NCBI GenBank assembly: GCA_029907255.1
Contig: JARYMF010000003.1
Span: 64,061 to 128,060, forward strand
Origin: Armatimonadota bacterium
GTDB taxonomy: Bacteria; Armatimonadota; UBA5829; DTJY01
Length of the DNA: 64,000 nt
Reading direction: 5' to 3'
The first letter of the stretch is position 1, and the number at the start of each line of letters is the position of its first letter. Below, piece after piece: positions 39,952 through 49,885 of the stretch. The notes under the pieces are model-generated. The model made no database searches and was not told the DNA's origin. It saw only the letters and a program-made list of their open reading frames with translations. The position numbers and the translations under genes were made by a program.

Positions 39952-41115
39952 ATGATGCGCTGCTTTAAAAGAAAACCATGTGAAAAAGGAATCGTCATAA
40001 TCCTGGTTGCAATTTTAATGGTTGTTATTGTTGGGATGGCGGCATTAGCGGTAGATGTTGGACAGCTGTTTATCGCCAGGCAGAGAGCCCAGAATGTTTG
40101 TGACGCCGCCGCACTCGCCGGAATCTGGGACCTGGTTCGCACAGATTTGCTTAGTTTAAACGATCGAGAAGCCGCCGCAACTCAAACGGCTATTAAAACT
40201 GCTTTGGGGAATAATGAGCTTACGAACTGGCGAATCCTAATTCCCGATTCGGAACCACCCGAAGAAGGCATATCCGTTGAGTTTCCAACAGCTGTTCAAT
40301 ACGATAATGGCACAAGTTTAAATGTGAATGAGGGCGAAGCAATTCGAACAACAGGTGAAGTTCTCGTTAATTTTGGCTTTGCTCGAATATTTGGCTTCGA
40401 CAAAAAGAGAGTAGGAGCAAGTGCTACTGCAATAGCAGAACAGCTAAAGGAACTGTGCAGTCCTTTGAAAGTTCCAATTGGAGTTTCAAACCTTGAGATA
40501 TTTAATGAAGACGGGAGCGTTAAGGTTGAGTTTGGTACTCAGCGAATACTTCGATGCACAACATGGGATGGTGGCTTCCTAGGACCGGGCAACTACCTTT
40601 CTCTGCGACTCGACGAATCTGATTCTGGCGCAAAAGATTATAGATTGAGGATTGCTGGTGACAAACCTACCGCTTGCCTATCTACGGAGGAGCCAGATAA
40701 TACCTGCACAACTGAGCCAGGAAAAATGGGAAGCGTAACTTACACCGGCATTATGGACAGGTTAGCCAAAGAAGAGATTTATACAAACGATGACACTGCT
40801 TGGGAAGAATGGACGGCAGATTTTAATCCAGAGACAGGAATGTACCCGAATACTTGGAGAATAGTAATTTTACCAGTATTGCTGGATGTCCCGGGAGTTG
40901 ACGATATTTCTGGTTCAAAGGAAGTTACAATAGTTGGGTTCATTGGCTTTTTTATTGAAAAAGCAACCAATATAGGGCAGGATAAAGGATTAATTATAGG
41001 AAGATTTATTCAGGGAGCAGTTATTGGGGATAAGTTTATTCCACTTTGGACCGGTGGCTCAAGTTTGCCAGGTTCGAATAATTGGACTATGATAAGACTT
41101 CGCTTGATATCTTAG
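39952..41115 (+). CDS. TadG-like pilus tip/assembly protein
   Basis: KG|IVI.L....ALAVDVG......AQN.CDAAALAG; C-terminal IVGF.GFFI. Confidence 0.85.
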   Translation: MMRCFKRKPCEKGIVIILVAILMVVIVGMAALAVDVGQLFIARQRAQNVCDAAALAGIWDLVRTDLLSLNDREAAATQTAIKTALGNNELTNWRILIPDSEPPEEGISVEFPTAVQYDNGTSLNVNEGEAIRTTGEVLVNFGFARIFGFDKKRVGASATAIAEQLKELCSPLKVPIGVSNLEIFNEDGSVKVEFGTQRILRCTTWDGGFLGPGNYLSLRLDESDSGAKDYRLRIAGDKPTACLSTEEPDNTCTTEPGKMGSVTYTGIMDRLAKEEIYTNDDTAWEEWTADFNPETGMYPNTWRIVILPVLLDVPGVDDISGSKEVTIVGFIGFFIEKATNIGQDKGLIIGRFIQGAVIGDKFIPLWTGGSSLPGSNNWTMIRLRLIS

Positions 41116-41131
41116 GAGGAGGTTAAGCAGG

Positions 41132-42058
41132 ATGAAACAAATGCCTAGAAACAGAGTTCTTGCCGCCGCTCTGTGTCTTGCAGCTGTAGCAGCAATACTT
41201 GTATATGCTTATATGAGTAGGCTTTCGGATGAGTCTAGACAGCCGGTGGCAGTTGTGGCAGCAAGCAAAGATATACCCGCAAGAACAATAATCACGCAAG
41301 ATATGGTAAGAGTGAATGATTTCCCAAGGAAGCTCATTCCGCCAAACGCCGCTGTGAGCATTGATTCGGTAGTTGGCAAAGTTGCATTGCAAACAATTAA
41401 AGAAGGAAATCCCATATCAATGAACCAGCTAGCCCCTAGAGGCGCTGCCTTGGGCTTGTCCTATGCTGTTCCGCCGCTAATGCGTGCGGTTACGGTGGCG
41501 CTTGACCCTATTATCGGCGTTGCAGGGTTCCTAAAGCCTGGCGATCACGTTGATGTTATAGCGACCTTCGATGTAAACGACGGAACGATTACAAAAACTG
41601 TACTTCAGGATGTTGAACTGCTGGCAATTGGCTCGCAAGTTGTTGAGGGAGAAATTGACCCGGGAACAGGAAAACCTGCCAAGCCTCAAACTCAACCTAA
41701 CGCAACGCTTGCTGTAACCCCACAGGATGCGGAAAAATTAATCCTGGCAGAATCAAAGGGCAAGCTGAGGTTAACTCTTCGGTACTATGGCGACCAAGCC
41801 AAGGTGATTTCAAAGGGCATTACCAGCAGGCAATTGATAGGTTATGTGCCGCCCGATGTTCCAGAGAAAACATCTAGCACGGTAACGGTGCGCCCTGCGG
41901 TTTCTAGGCCATCTCCTCCACCAATAGTTAGGGAGAGCCCGCCAATTTATAGTATTCCGCCACTGCCCACAACGCAGACTACGGTGCAAGAAGAGCCCGG
42001 CAAGAAAGTTCAGGTTGTCCGCGGCACGAAGATTGAGGAGGTTGTGGTCAGCGAATAA
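41132..42058 (+). CDS. cpaB: Flp pilus assembly protein CpaB/RcpC
   Basis: SAF domain VVAA..DIP, MRAVTV, VAGFLKPGD.VDVI, LQDV.LLA, TLAVTP. Confidence 0.93.
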   Translation: MKQMPRNRVLAAALCLAAVAAILVYAYMSRLSDESRQPVAVVAASKDIPARTIITQDMVRVNDFPRKLIPPNAAVSIDSVVGKVALQTIKEGNPISMNQLAPRGAALGLSYAVPPLMRAVTVALDPIIGVAGFLKPGDHVDVIATFDVNDGTITKTVLQDVELLAIGSQVVEGEIDPGTGKPAKPQTQPNATLAVTPQDAEKLILAESKGKLRLTLRYYGDQAKVISKGITSRQLIGYVPPDVPEKTSSTVTVRPAVSRPSPPPIVRESPPIYSIPPLPTTQTTVQEEPGKKVQVVRGTKIEEVVVSE

Positions 42059-42148
42059 AAGATAAGACAGGAAGTCTTTCAAATAAATTCCTAGCAAAGG
42101 AGGTCAGGGGGGAGTAAAAACATTGCACACGAAGAACCCCTTTCAAAA

Positions 42149-43792
42149 ATGAGAGCCAAAATAAGCTTTGTATTCATTTTAGCAATTACGGTTTTTCTAG
42201 CGAATCCATTAGCCGCCGCAAAAGCGGCTGATAAGGCTAGCGGTGAGAAGGCACTTCAGGTTGGTGAAAGCATTATCATTGAATGCAAGAATGTTACGCG
42301 GGCAGCCGTTGGCGACCCCGTAATAGCAGATGTTGTGCCTTTGTCTTCAAAAGAAGTATTAGTCAATGCTAAATCACCAGGCAAAACCGTCGTCTACATA
42401 TGGGATGACAATGGCAGGCGTGTGTTCAAAACCGAAGTCAAGGCAGCCGAATTAAATATGGAAAAGCTTGTGGAAGCTATAACAAATGAACTTAACGATT
42501 CAAGGATTACTGTTCGAGCGGTTGGAAGCACAATTATGCTTGAGGGTGTGGTTTCCAGAAAAGCTGAATCTGACCGGGCGGAAAGAATAGCAACCGCAGT
42601 AGCAGAAATGGCCGCTTTCCGTGGTGTTTATACGCCTGAACCAACGGGGCAGACAAAATCGGTAGCAAGGACCGAAGGCGATGTGATTCGTATTGAAAGC
42701 GTTAAGACCGATAGAACTACGCCTATTACTGCAGAGGTTGATCTTAGATGTCCGAAAATAGTAAACCTCATTGAAATTGAAAAACCGATTGATGAAATAA
42801 GCGTATCCACGCATGAGGCATGCGAAGCCTTAAGGCAGGCTCTCAACGGAACAAACCTAACCGTTCGAGGTCTGCCAGGAAACGTGGTATTGGTCGAGGG
42901 GAAGGTTGGCACGCAGGCTGAATTTGACAAGATAAACCTAGTTATATCTGGTTGGAAAAAGCAGAGCAACACAAGTGGACAAGCAGAGGGAGCAAATGAA
43001 GAAGTTTCGCTCGTCAATGCTGTAACCATTGATAGTTCGATTGCCCAGCAGGTAATGGTGCGTGCCCAAGTCGTGAGTATAGATAAAGCCGCTCTAAAAG
43101 ATTTTGGTATTGAGTGGGGCAGAATTGCCTCAACAAGCGAGGGAGGAGCGAGCTTTGGGGAACAACCTTGGCTCATAGGGCAAATTCAAAGCCCTCCTTA
43201 CGACATTTTTGGCGGCGGCGGTCTATACCGATTGGACCCAATTGGCGCAAGGATAAGGGCTCTAGAACAACAAAACAAGGCAAAGGTGCTTTCGGAGCCC
43301 AATCTGCTTGTGGTTGATGGGCAAGAGGCGAAAATTTTAGTAGGCGGAGAAATACCGGTGCCAGTGGTTCAATCAGGCAATATTGGCGCCGCAGTGAGCG
43401 TAACTATTGAGTATAAAGAATTTGGCGTGCGCCTGGAAATTCTCCCCACTATCACCAGCAAGGATACAATACAACTTAAGGTTATGCCTGAGGTAAGCTC
43501 ACTTGATTTTGCAAACGCCGTTGAGTTTAGCGGATTCCGCATTCCAGCGTTGCGCACTCGAAGGGCTGAAACAATAGTAAGCGTTAGAAATGGGCAATCG
43601 CTAATACTTGGCGGTCTACTGCAAAATGAGGTGTCAAAGCTAGTTAAGAAGATTCCAGTGCTTGGTGACATACCGATTTTAGGAGAGCTCTTCAAGAACA
43701 CTTCGTTTACTAAAGGCGAAAGTGAGCTTGTGATAATCGTTACACCGCAGATAGTCAAACCAACAGCAGCAACCGAAAAAGCCCAAGAATAG
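42149..43792 (+). CDS. Tad secretin CpaC/RcpA with BON-like domains
   Basis: Signal peptide; VGDP.IADV, G.T....W; LSEPNL...G..A..LVGGEIP, KEFGV.L, IP.LGDIP.LG.LF, EL.I.VTP. Confidence 0.92.
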   Translation: MRAKISFVFILAITVFLANPLAAAKAADKASGEKALQVGESIIIECKNVTRAAVGDPVIADVVPLSSKEVLVNAKSPGKTVVYIWDDNGRRVFKTEVKAAELNMEKLVEAITNELNDSRITVRAVGSTIMLEGVVSRKAESDRAERIATAVAEMAAFRGVYTPEPTGQTKSVARTEGDVIRIESVKTDRTTPITAEVDLRCPKIVNLIEIEKPIDEISVSTHEACEALRQALNGTNLTVRGLPGNVVLVEGKVGTQAEFDKINLVISGWKKQSNTSGQAEGANEEVSLVNAVTIDSSIAQQVMVRAQVVSIDKAALKDFGIEWGRIASTSEGGASFGEQPWLIGQIQSPPYDIFGGGGLYRLDPIGARIRALEQQNKAKVLSEPNLLVVDGQEAKILVGGEIPVPVVQSGNIGAAVSVTIEYKEFGVRLEILPTITSKDTIQLKVMPEVSSLDFANAVEFSGFRIPALRTRRAETIVSVRNGQSLILGGLLQNEVSKLVKKIPVLGDIPILGELFKNTSFTKGESELVIIVTPQIVKPTAATEKAQE

Positions 43793-43803
43793 CAGGTGCT
43801 GAA

Positions 43804-45021
43804 ATGCCTGTGCGAGTTTTGGTAGCAGAAGAAAATCAAAGACTGCGCGAACAAATGCGCGACTATCTTAGCAATGAATGTAGCTGCGAGGTAGTTGGTC
43901 TTGCGCGCGATGGCCACGAAGCCATCCAGCTTGCTATGCAGCTGCTTCCACATATAATGTTCATTTCGCATGATTTGCCAGGGATAACGGGTCTGCAGAC
44001 GTGCGAAATAATAAATGCGCTTGCACCAGACATAATGGCTATCATGGTGACCGATACAAAATCAATTGAACGAGTTGAAGCCGCCATGAAAGTTGGGGCA
44101 AGGGCAGTTGTAACAAGGCCGCTTAAATCACCGGAAGTAGGCTATTTAATACAAGAACTTGCTGAAGTACGAAATCGCCGTGATTCCGATGATATTCAGG
44201 AGTTAAAAGACCCGGCTCGGTTTCCAAAGGTTATAAGCATAACAGGGGCAAAGGGGGGCGTAGGCAAAAGCACGATAGCCGTCAATCTTGCCGTAGCATT
44301 AGCAAAACAAGCGCCGAACAAGGTTGTTATTGTAGATATGTATACGCAATTTGGCGATATTGCTACTATGTTCAATGTCACGCCCAAGCATACGATTTCA
44401 GACCTTGAGCCAATTTTAAAAGACTTGGACCAGGATTTAATCCGAAACTATGTGTCAGAGCATGAATCTGGTGTTCATGTACTTGTAGCCACAATCAACC
44501 CTTTGCCGCTGGATGCTATTAGCGTTGAGTGCTGGGATACACTTATTCACCTTCTCAAACGAACATATCGGTATGTGATAATTGATATGCCGCCGATACT
44601 GCATCCGACAACTATTCACGTATTAATGCATTCAAATATTGTGCTCTTAATTGCTAATTTATTTGATTTGACAACAGCAATGGATACGAAAAAGTTTTAC
44701 GACGCTCTCGACCAAGAGCGAATATCGAAAGAGCACATAAAGGTAGTTTTGAATAGGGTATCGAAGGTAAACAGGCTACATGCAGCTGACCTAGAGCAGA
44801 TGTTTCCATGCGGTATTTTGGCGCATATACCAAATGAAAGCAAGCTTGTAAACGCCATTAATAAGGGCGTTCCACTGGCAATGACTGACGGTGACTCACC
44901 TTATGGGCGAAGTATTGATAGACTAGCCGCTACCATATTAGGCGTAGAAGGTAATCTCCCATTTGCTGTAAATGAAGCCGAAAGATGGAGCCTGCTACCT
45001 AAGGCAAGGAAGGGGAGATAA
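43804..45021 (+). CDS. CpaE/TadZ pilus assembly protein (receiver-like + MinD/ParA ATPase)
   Basis: N-terminal receiver fold, GAKGGVGKS, D...QFGD, VIID.PP. Confidence 0.9.
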   Translation: MPVRVLVAEENQRLREQMRDYLSNECSCEVVGLARDGHEAIQLAMQLLPHIMFISHDLPGITGLQTCEIINALAPDIMAIMVTDTKSIERVEAAMKVGARAVVTRPLKSPEVGYLIQELAEVRNRRDSDDIQELKDPARFPKVISITGAKGGVGKSTIAVNLAVALAKQAPNKVVIVDMYTQFGDIATMFNVTPKHTISDLEPILKDLDQDLIRNYVSEHESGVHVLVATINPLPLDAISVECWDTLIHLLKRTYRYVIIDMPPILHPTTIHVLMHSNIVLLIANLFDLTTAMDTKKFYDALDQERISKEHIKVVLNRVSKVNRLHAADLEQMFPCGILAHIPNESKLVNAINKGVPLAMTDGDSPYGRSIDRLAATILGVEGNLPFAVNEAERWSLLPKARKGR

Positions 45022-45024
45022 TCA

Positions 45025-46356
45025 GTGGGAGTATTGGGAGCAGGAAAGACGAATTCAGGGTCTGAAAGCGGAAACCTAGAGGGACCACTAAACATTCGCC
45101 GTCTTTTAGACCTCAAAGCCAAAATCCATCAAAAAATGATGGATGAAATGGACCCAAAAACGCTTGGAACGCTCGACAGGCTCGCTTTGAGTAGAGAAGT
45201 TCATTCTGTAACAGCTGATGTACTTGCAAGCGAGAATTTAGCTTTGCCGGTTCGAGTCCGGGAGCAAATAGTAGCTGATGTAATAAATGAGATTATCGGC
45301 TATGGTCCGATACAGCCACTGCTGGATGACCCAACCATAACCGAAATTATGGTCAATGGTCCAAACCAAGTATACGCCGAACGTGGTGGAAAGCTGTTCC
45401 TGACGGACAAAATTTTCCGCGATGATCAACACGTAATGCGGATAATTGAAAAAATCGTGATGCCATTAGGGCGGCGAATTGATGAAAGCTCTCCGATGGT
45501 TGATGCAAGGCTCCCCGACGGCTCGCGCGTTAATGCAATAATTCCCCCACTGTCAATCAAAGGGCCAACACTTACAATTAGAAAATTCTCACGCGAGCCT
45601 TATACTATTGAGGACCTTATTTCATTTGGCACCCTTACAAGGGAAATGGCAGAATTTCTCCGAGCTTGCGTAATAGCGCGCTTGAATATCATTATTTCAG
45701 GTGGAACGGGAAGCGGTAAAACAACTACGCTTAATGTCCTTTCGTCGTTTGTCCCCAACGATGAACGCATAGTCACCATAGAAGATGCCGCGGAACTTCA
45801 ACTTCAGCAAGATCACGTAGTCTCATTGGAAAGTAGGCCTCCCAATCTTGAAGGGAAGGGTGAAATAACAATTAGGCAGCTCGTTAGAAATGCATTGAGA
45901 ATGAGACCCGACCGCATAATCGTAGGCGAAGTCCGAGGCGGCGAGGCTCTTGACATGCTACAGGCGATGAATACAGGTCATGATGGCTCGCTTAGCACTG
46001 CCCACACCAATAGCCCGCGTGATACGCTTTCGCGGCTTGAAACAATGACCCTTATGGCAGGAACAGAACTCCCGTCACGCGCGGTAAGAGAACAAATAGC
46101 TGCTGCTCTTCATTTAATTATTCATCAAAACAGATTGAGAGATGGAAGCCGCAAAATAACACACATCACCGAAGTGCAGGGAATGGAAGGGGATGTCATA
46201 ATCTTGCAAGATTTATTCCTGTTCCAACAGGAAGGTGTGGATGCAAGCGGTAAAGTAATCGGCAGACACGTAGCTACTGGGCTGCGTCCAAAGTTCATGG
46301 ATAGATTAATTCAACAGGGATTGGAGCTACCGGCAAGTATCTTTAATTTGAGGTGA
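45025..46356 (+). CDS. cpaF: Tad pilus ATPase CpaF/TadA
   Basis: GYGP.QPLL.D, VDARLPDGSRVN, GGTGSGKTT, LRMRPDRII.GE.RG, AMNTGHDGS. Confidence 0.96.
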   Translation: MGVLGAGKTNSGSESGNLEGPLNIRRLLDLKAKIHQKMMDEMDPKTLGTLDRLALSREVHSVTADVLASENLALPVRVREQIVADVINEIIGYGPIQPLLDDPTITEIMVNGPNQVYAERGGKLFLTDKIFRDDQHVMRIIEKIVMPLGRRIDESSPMVDARLPDGSRVNAIIPPLSIKGPTLTIRKFSREPYTIEDLISFGTLTREMAEFLRACVIARLNIIISGGTGSGKTTTLNVLSSFVPNDERIVTIEDAAELQLQQDHVVSLESRPPNLEGKGEITIRQLVRNALRMRPDRIIVGEVRGGEALDMLQAMNTGHDGSLSTAHTNSPRDTLSRLETMTLMAGTELPSRAVREQIAAALHLIIHQNRLRDGSRKITHITEVQGMEGDVIILQDLFLFQQEGVDASGKVIGRHVATGLRPKFMDRLIQQGLELPASIFNLR

Positions 46357-46362
46357 TGTGGA

Positions 46363-47325
46363 ATGCCTCCATTCGTATGGGCTCTTCTAGCATTTGCTGC
46401 TACCGCTTTGGTCGTAATCCTTATTGGTTTTGCTGTAACAAGAGAATCTGCAGAAGCTAGAACCAGGTTACGACAGTTAACAACTGGTCCCAAAGAGGAG
46501 CGACCGTCTGTAGAATTCAAGGCACCTGCTGAAAAAAGAGACATGCTTCCAACGGTAACGCGCTTCTTAAATGCGCGCAATTTGACTGAGCGCCTTTATG
46601 TCGAGCTTGCTGCTGCAGGGTTGCCTTTACGACCGAGCGAATTTGTTGGCATTGTGGCGGCTTCGGTATTAATTTCACAGATTTTAGGCGCAATTGTTGC
46701 GAGGAACTTAATTGTTTATTTCGTATTCGCAATTCTGGGAGCAAGTATTCCATTTTTCGTCGTCAAGGTGCTCCAGCAAAAAAGAAGGGCAATGTTTGAT
46801 AGCCAAATAGTCGATGCACTTGTGCTAATTGCCTCGTCCATTCGCTCAGGTTTTAGTTTTCTAAGGGCTTTGCAAATGGTTGCTCAAGAAATGCCACCTC
46901 CAATTTCTACAGAATTTGAGCGAATAATAAGCGAAGTAAATGTTGGCCGCTCAATGGAAGATGCTCTTCGGGGTAGCGTGCAGCGCGTCAAAAGCTATGA
47001 TTTTGATTTGGTAGTAACTGCCGTATTGATTCACCTTCAAATAGGAGGCAATTTGGCAGATATTCTTGAAACAATTGCTGAGACGATACGCGAGCGCATG
47101 CGAATAGCCGGTGAAATAAAGACGCTGACTGCCGAAGGAAGAATCTCTGGAATAGCACTAGTGCTCATACCAATATTTCTCGCGGTTGTTCTAACCTTGA
47201 TAAACCCATCATATATGCACACATTATTTTATGAGGACATCGGGCGCATTTTATTGGTCGTAGCGGCAGTCTTTCAGCTACTAGGATGGCTTGTTATTAA
47301 AAGGTTACTCGTGCTGGAGTATTAG
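46363..47325 (+). CDS. tadB: Tad inner-membrane platform protein TadB
   Basis: T2SS-F domain: L.LIA...RSG, GGNLA.IL......IRER, LTAEGR.S. Confidence 0.9.
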   Translation: MPPFVWALLAFAATALVVILIGFAVTRESAEARTRLRQLTTGPKEERPSVEFKAPAEKRDMLPTVTRFLNARNLTERLYVELAAAGLPLRPSEFVGIVAASVLISQILGAIVARNLIVYFVFAILGASIPFFVVKVLQQKRRAMFDSQIVDALVLIASSIRSGFSFLRALQMVAQEMPPPISTEFERIISEVNVGRSMEDALRGSVQRVKSYDFDLVVTAVLIHLQIGGNLADILETIAETIRERMRIAGEIKTLTAEGRISGIALVLIPIFLAVVLTLINPSYMHTLFYEDIGRILLVVAAVFQLLGWLVIKRLLVLEY

Positions 47326-47345
47326 GAATTAAAAGGAGACGTGAA

Positions 47346-48278
47346 ATGCTAATACTCATTTCGGCATTGACTTTTGGAACTGTCGTATTGTTATTCCTCG
47401 GGCTCACTATGAAAACTGAGCGCGAAATAATTCAGGACAGAATACGTCAACAACAAGAGGTGGACTCGTCCATATTAAGTTCGATCGAAGCCGAGCTTGA
47501 AAGACCAATCAAACAGCGAATAATAGCACCAATACTTATAAAACTTGCCAACTTAGTAAGCAGCTTCACGCCTGCCGGAGCTCTTCGTGCCATTGATGAC
47601 AAGCTGGAAACAGCAGGTCGTCCATGGTCGCTAAGTGCAAAAGAGTTCGTAGGGCTCAAAGTCCTCTCTGTTGGTGCATCTATTGTCGTTGGCTCGTTAT
47701 TCTCCAAGTTCATTGATGCTCAGCCGCCAATCAGGATTTTAGCATTCGTTTTGATTGTCTTCATCGGGATAATTCTTCCTGATTACCTGTTACAGAGAGC
47801 AATTAATAATAGACAAACCCAGATTAGAAAAGTTCTTGCGGACACACTAGATTTGCTAACCGTGAGCGTCGAGGCTGGCTTAGGTTTAGACGGTGCAATG
47901 CAAAAAGTTACTGAGAAATTGCACAATCCGCTTTCCGATGAAATGACTCGTGCCCTTCAGGAAATAAGAATAGGTAAGATGCGGATGGAAGCCCTAAGGG
48001 ATATGGCTAGGAGAGTAAAAGTTACAGAGCTAAGTTCTTTTGTAACGGCAATTTGTCAAGCTGACCAGTTAGGCGTAAGCATTGCGAAAGTTCTTCGCGT
48101 CCAAGGAGATACGCTACGCACCCAGCGAAGTCAGAGAGCAAGAGAAGCCGCAGCAAAGCTGCCAGTCAAGATGCTTTTCCCCTTGGTATTCTTTATTTTT
48201 CCCGCGCTATTCGTAGTGGTTGCAGGCCCGGCGTTCATTCAGATATTCCGCCAGCTTGGCGGAGTGATTGGCAGATAG
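47346..48278 (+). CDS. tadC: Tad inner-membrane platform protein TadC
   Basis: DLL.VSVEAGLG.D.A, Q....G..I...LR, A.KLPVKMLFPL..FIFP. Confidence 0.92.
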   Translation: MLILISALTFGTVVLLFLGLTMKTEREIIQDRIRQQQEVDSSILSSIEAELERPIKQRIIAPILIKLANLVSSFTPAGALRAIDDKLETAGRPWSLSAKEFVGLKVLSVGASIVVGSLFSKFIDAQPPIRILAFVLIVFIGIILPDYLLQRAINNRQTQIRKVLADTLDLLTVSVEAGLGLDGAMQKVTEKLHNPLSDEMTRALQEIRIGKMRMEALRDMARRVKVTELSSFVTAICQADQLGVSIAKVLRVQGDTLRTQRSQRAREAAAKLPVKMLFPLVFFIFPALFVVVAGPAFIQIFRQLGGVIGR

Positions 48279-48396
48279 AATGAAACAAAGCACATAAATT
48301 GTTGCAGCTGATGCTTAAGCCAACAGCCTATTTCATGTTCGGGAAACCATTATCTTGTAAAGGTCCTTCTCAAATTTTATAAAGCAAGAACTAATT

Positions 48397-48432
48397 AAAA
48401 GAAGGATGTATCAAATTGATACATCCTTTTTT
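48397..48432. terminator. Bidirectional terminator between tadC and PEP-CTERM gene
   Basis: AAGGATGTATCAA-A-TTGATACATCCTT palindrome flanked by A- and T-runs between convergent genes. Confidence 0.8.
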
Positions 48433-48460
48433 GTTGCTCTTTCGAATGGTTGTTTGTTAG

Positions 48461-49333
48461 CTATTTACGCCGGCGTAGGATTCTGACGGATGCTAAGGTA
48501 GCTATTCCTGAAGCCAAAGTTAATATACTGGCAGGCTCAGGAATAACTGGAGGATTTGTTCCTCCACCCCCGCCACCACCATTGTCTGGAGGATTGTCTG
48601 GAGGAATTATTATGCCATTGTCGCCTCCTCCTCCACCGCCACCCATTGCAACTGCGGCGCCTACGACACCCAATGGAATCAGCCAATTCATAGAACTCAG
48701 TCTGGAACCAGTTCCAACGGGTGAAGTAGTTGATGGTATCTGAACGCCCGTGTTTGCAGCCACAGTTTCAGCGGGTTTAGCCAACGCTGCACTCTGACCA
48801 GCACTTTCAGTCGCAAGCTTTGGAAGCTCTGTTGGCGGTTGCTCGAGAACTTGAACTGCAACCTTATCATTTTTCGCTGCTGAGCTTGCATTTGATGCCT
48901 TCAGCCCATCAATTGTCTTCTTTGGAAGTGCGCCTGTTAAAAGTGTGGAAGCAAGTGGATTGCCTGTTCCTATCTCCAAGATTGGTGCACCTGCTTTGTT
49001 AGCAAATACCCATGTGCCGGCTTTAAACTCTCGGATTTCGCTTACTATATTATGTGCTTCATCAAGATAATAAACTTGAAGCGACATATCCTCTGGAAGT
49101 TTAACAACCGACAGTTCATTCCTGAAGAAGGTAAGCACGCTGGATGGGTCCGTGCGGAAATGCTTGGCATACCGCAGGGCTACAAGTCGGCTATCTTCAA
49201 CTTGACTAACAAGCTGCTGGATTGTGTCTGAATATTCCAAGAGGAATGCTCCTTGCCCTGCAGGCTTTGCTGCGACGGCTCCGAACAGCGCCACCGTAAG
49301 AATTAACGTTAAAAATATGGCCCTTATTCTCAT
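48461..49333 (-). CDS. PEP-CTERM sorting domain surface protein
   Basis: Signal peptide MRIRAIFLTL..., Gly/Pro linker, C-terminal IPEPAS + TM helix + RRRK. Confidence 0.92.
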   Translation of the reverse strand: MRIRAIFLTLILTVALFGAVAAKPAGQGAFLLEYSDTIQQLVSQVEDSRLVALRYAKHFRTDPSSVLTFFRNELSVVKLPEDMSLQVYYLDEAHNIVSEIREFKAGTWVFANKAGAPILEIGTGNPLASTLLTGALPKKTIDGLKASNASSAAKNDKVAVQVLEQPPTELPKLATESAGQSAALAKPAETVAANTGVQIPSTTSPVGTGSRLSSMNWLIPLGVVGAAVAMGGGGGGGDNGIIIPPDNPPDNGGGGGGGTNPPVIPEPASILTLASGIATLASVRILRRRK

Positions 49334-49422
49334 TTCACCACCCATCCTTTCAAAATCAATTAAATCAACCACGGTTTATGACCGTCTAAACTTTGCTTTG
49401 TACAGCTTTCAAATATGTCTAG

Positions 49423-49438
49423 TGCAAGAATTGGGCCA
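49423..49438 (-). promoter_or_regulatory. Sigma54 promoter of PEP-CTERM gene
   Basis: Minus strand TGGCCC-AATTC-TTGCA with GG-N10-GC spacing, about 90 bp upstream of the ATG. Confidence 0.65.
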
Positions 49439-49510
49439 ATTTGATAAGTTTTGCGATAAAAAATTGTTTTTGTTGCCCGGTAGTAATTGTGAAGGCCAAG
49501 TGTCGCAAAC

Positions 49511-49539
49511 TTGACAAGAGTTTGCAGGGGTGCTAACAT
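49511..49539 (+). promoter_or_regulatory. Sigma70 promoter of polysaccharide operon
   Basis: TTGACA-17 nt-TAACAT with an extended TG. Confidence 0.5.
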
Positions 49540-49885
49540 CTTGCTGATTTTAAAAAGTTAAAGCATTATTTTCATAAATAGCGAGGCTGAAAGTAGGTTT
49601 TGAATTTTCCTTTAAAAAGATGCTACTTGCCGCTTTAGAGGCATTTGACGAGGAATGCAGGAACCAAATTATTACCGTTTGCGTAATTTAGCACAGAGCG
49701 CTTGCAGATTTTCTGTATTTAAGATGCTTTATGGCTGCCGGATAGCTAAAGGCGGAGTTTGATATAAGCCATAATGAAAAATGGTGCTGGTATTTTTACC
49801 AGGATTTAGCTGTGTGTTGGTGAGTTCCATTCTAAAATTGAAAAATACTCTCACATCGCTTTTTACGAGTGGGAGGTAGTTTTTA

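Noticed and set aside
48450-48743. Plus-strand Pro-rich 97-aa ORF
   Set aside because: Antisense shadow of the Gly-rich linker of the PEP-CTERM gene.
49751-49761. ops/JUMPstart-like GGCGGAG in the EPS leader
   Set aside because: Lacks the GGCGGTAG core; not enough to call an ops site.
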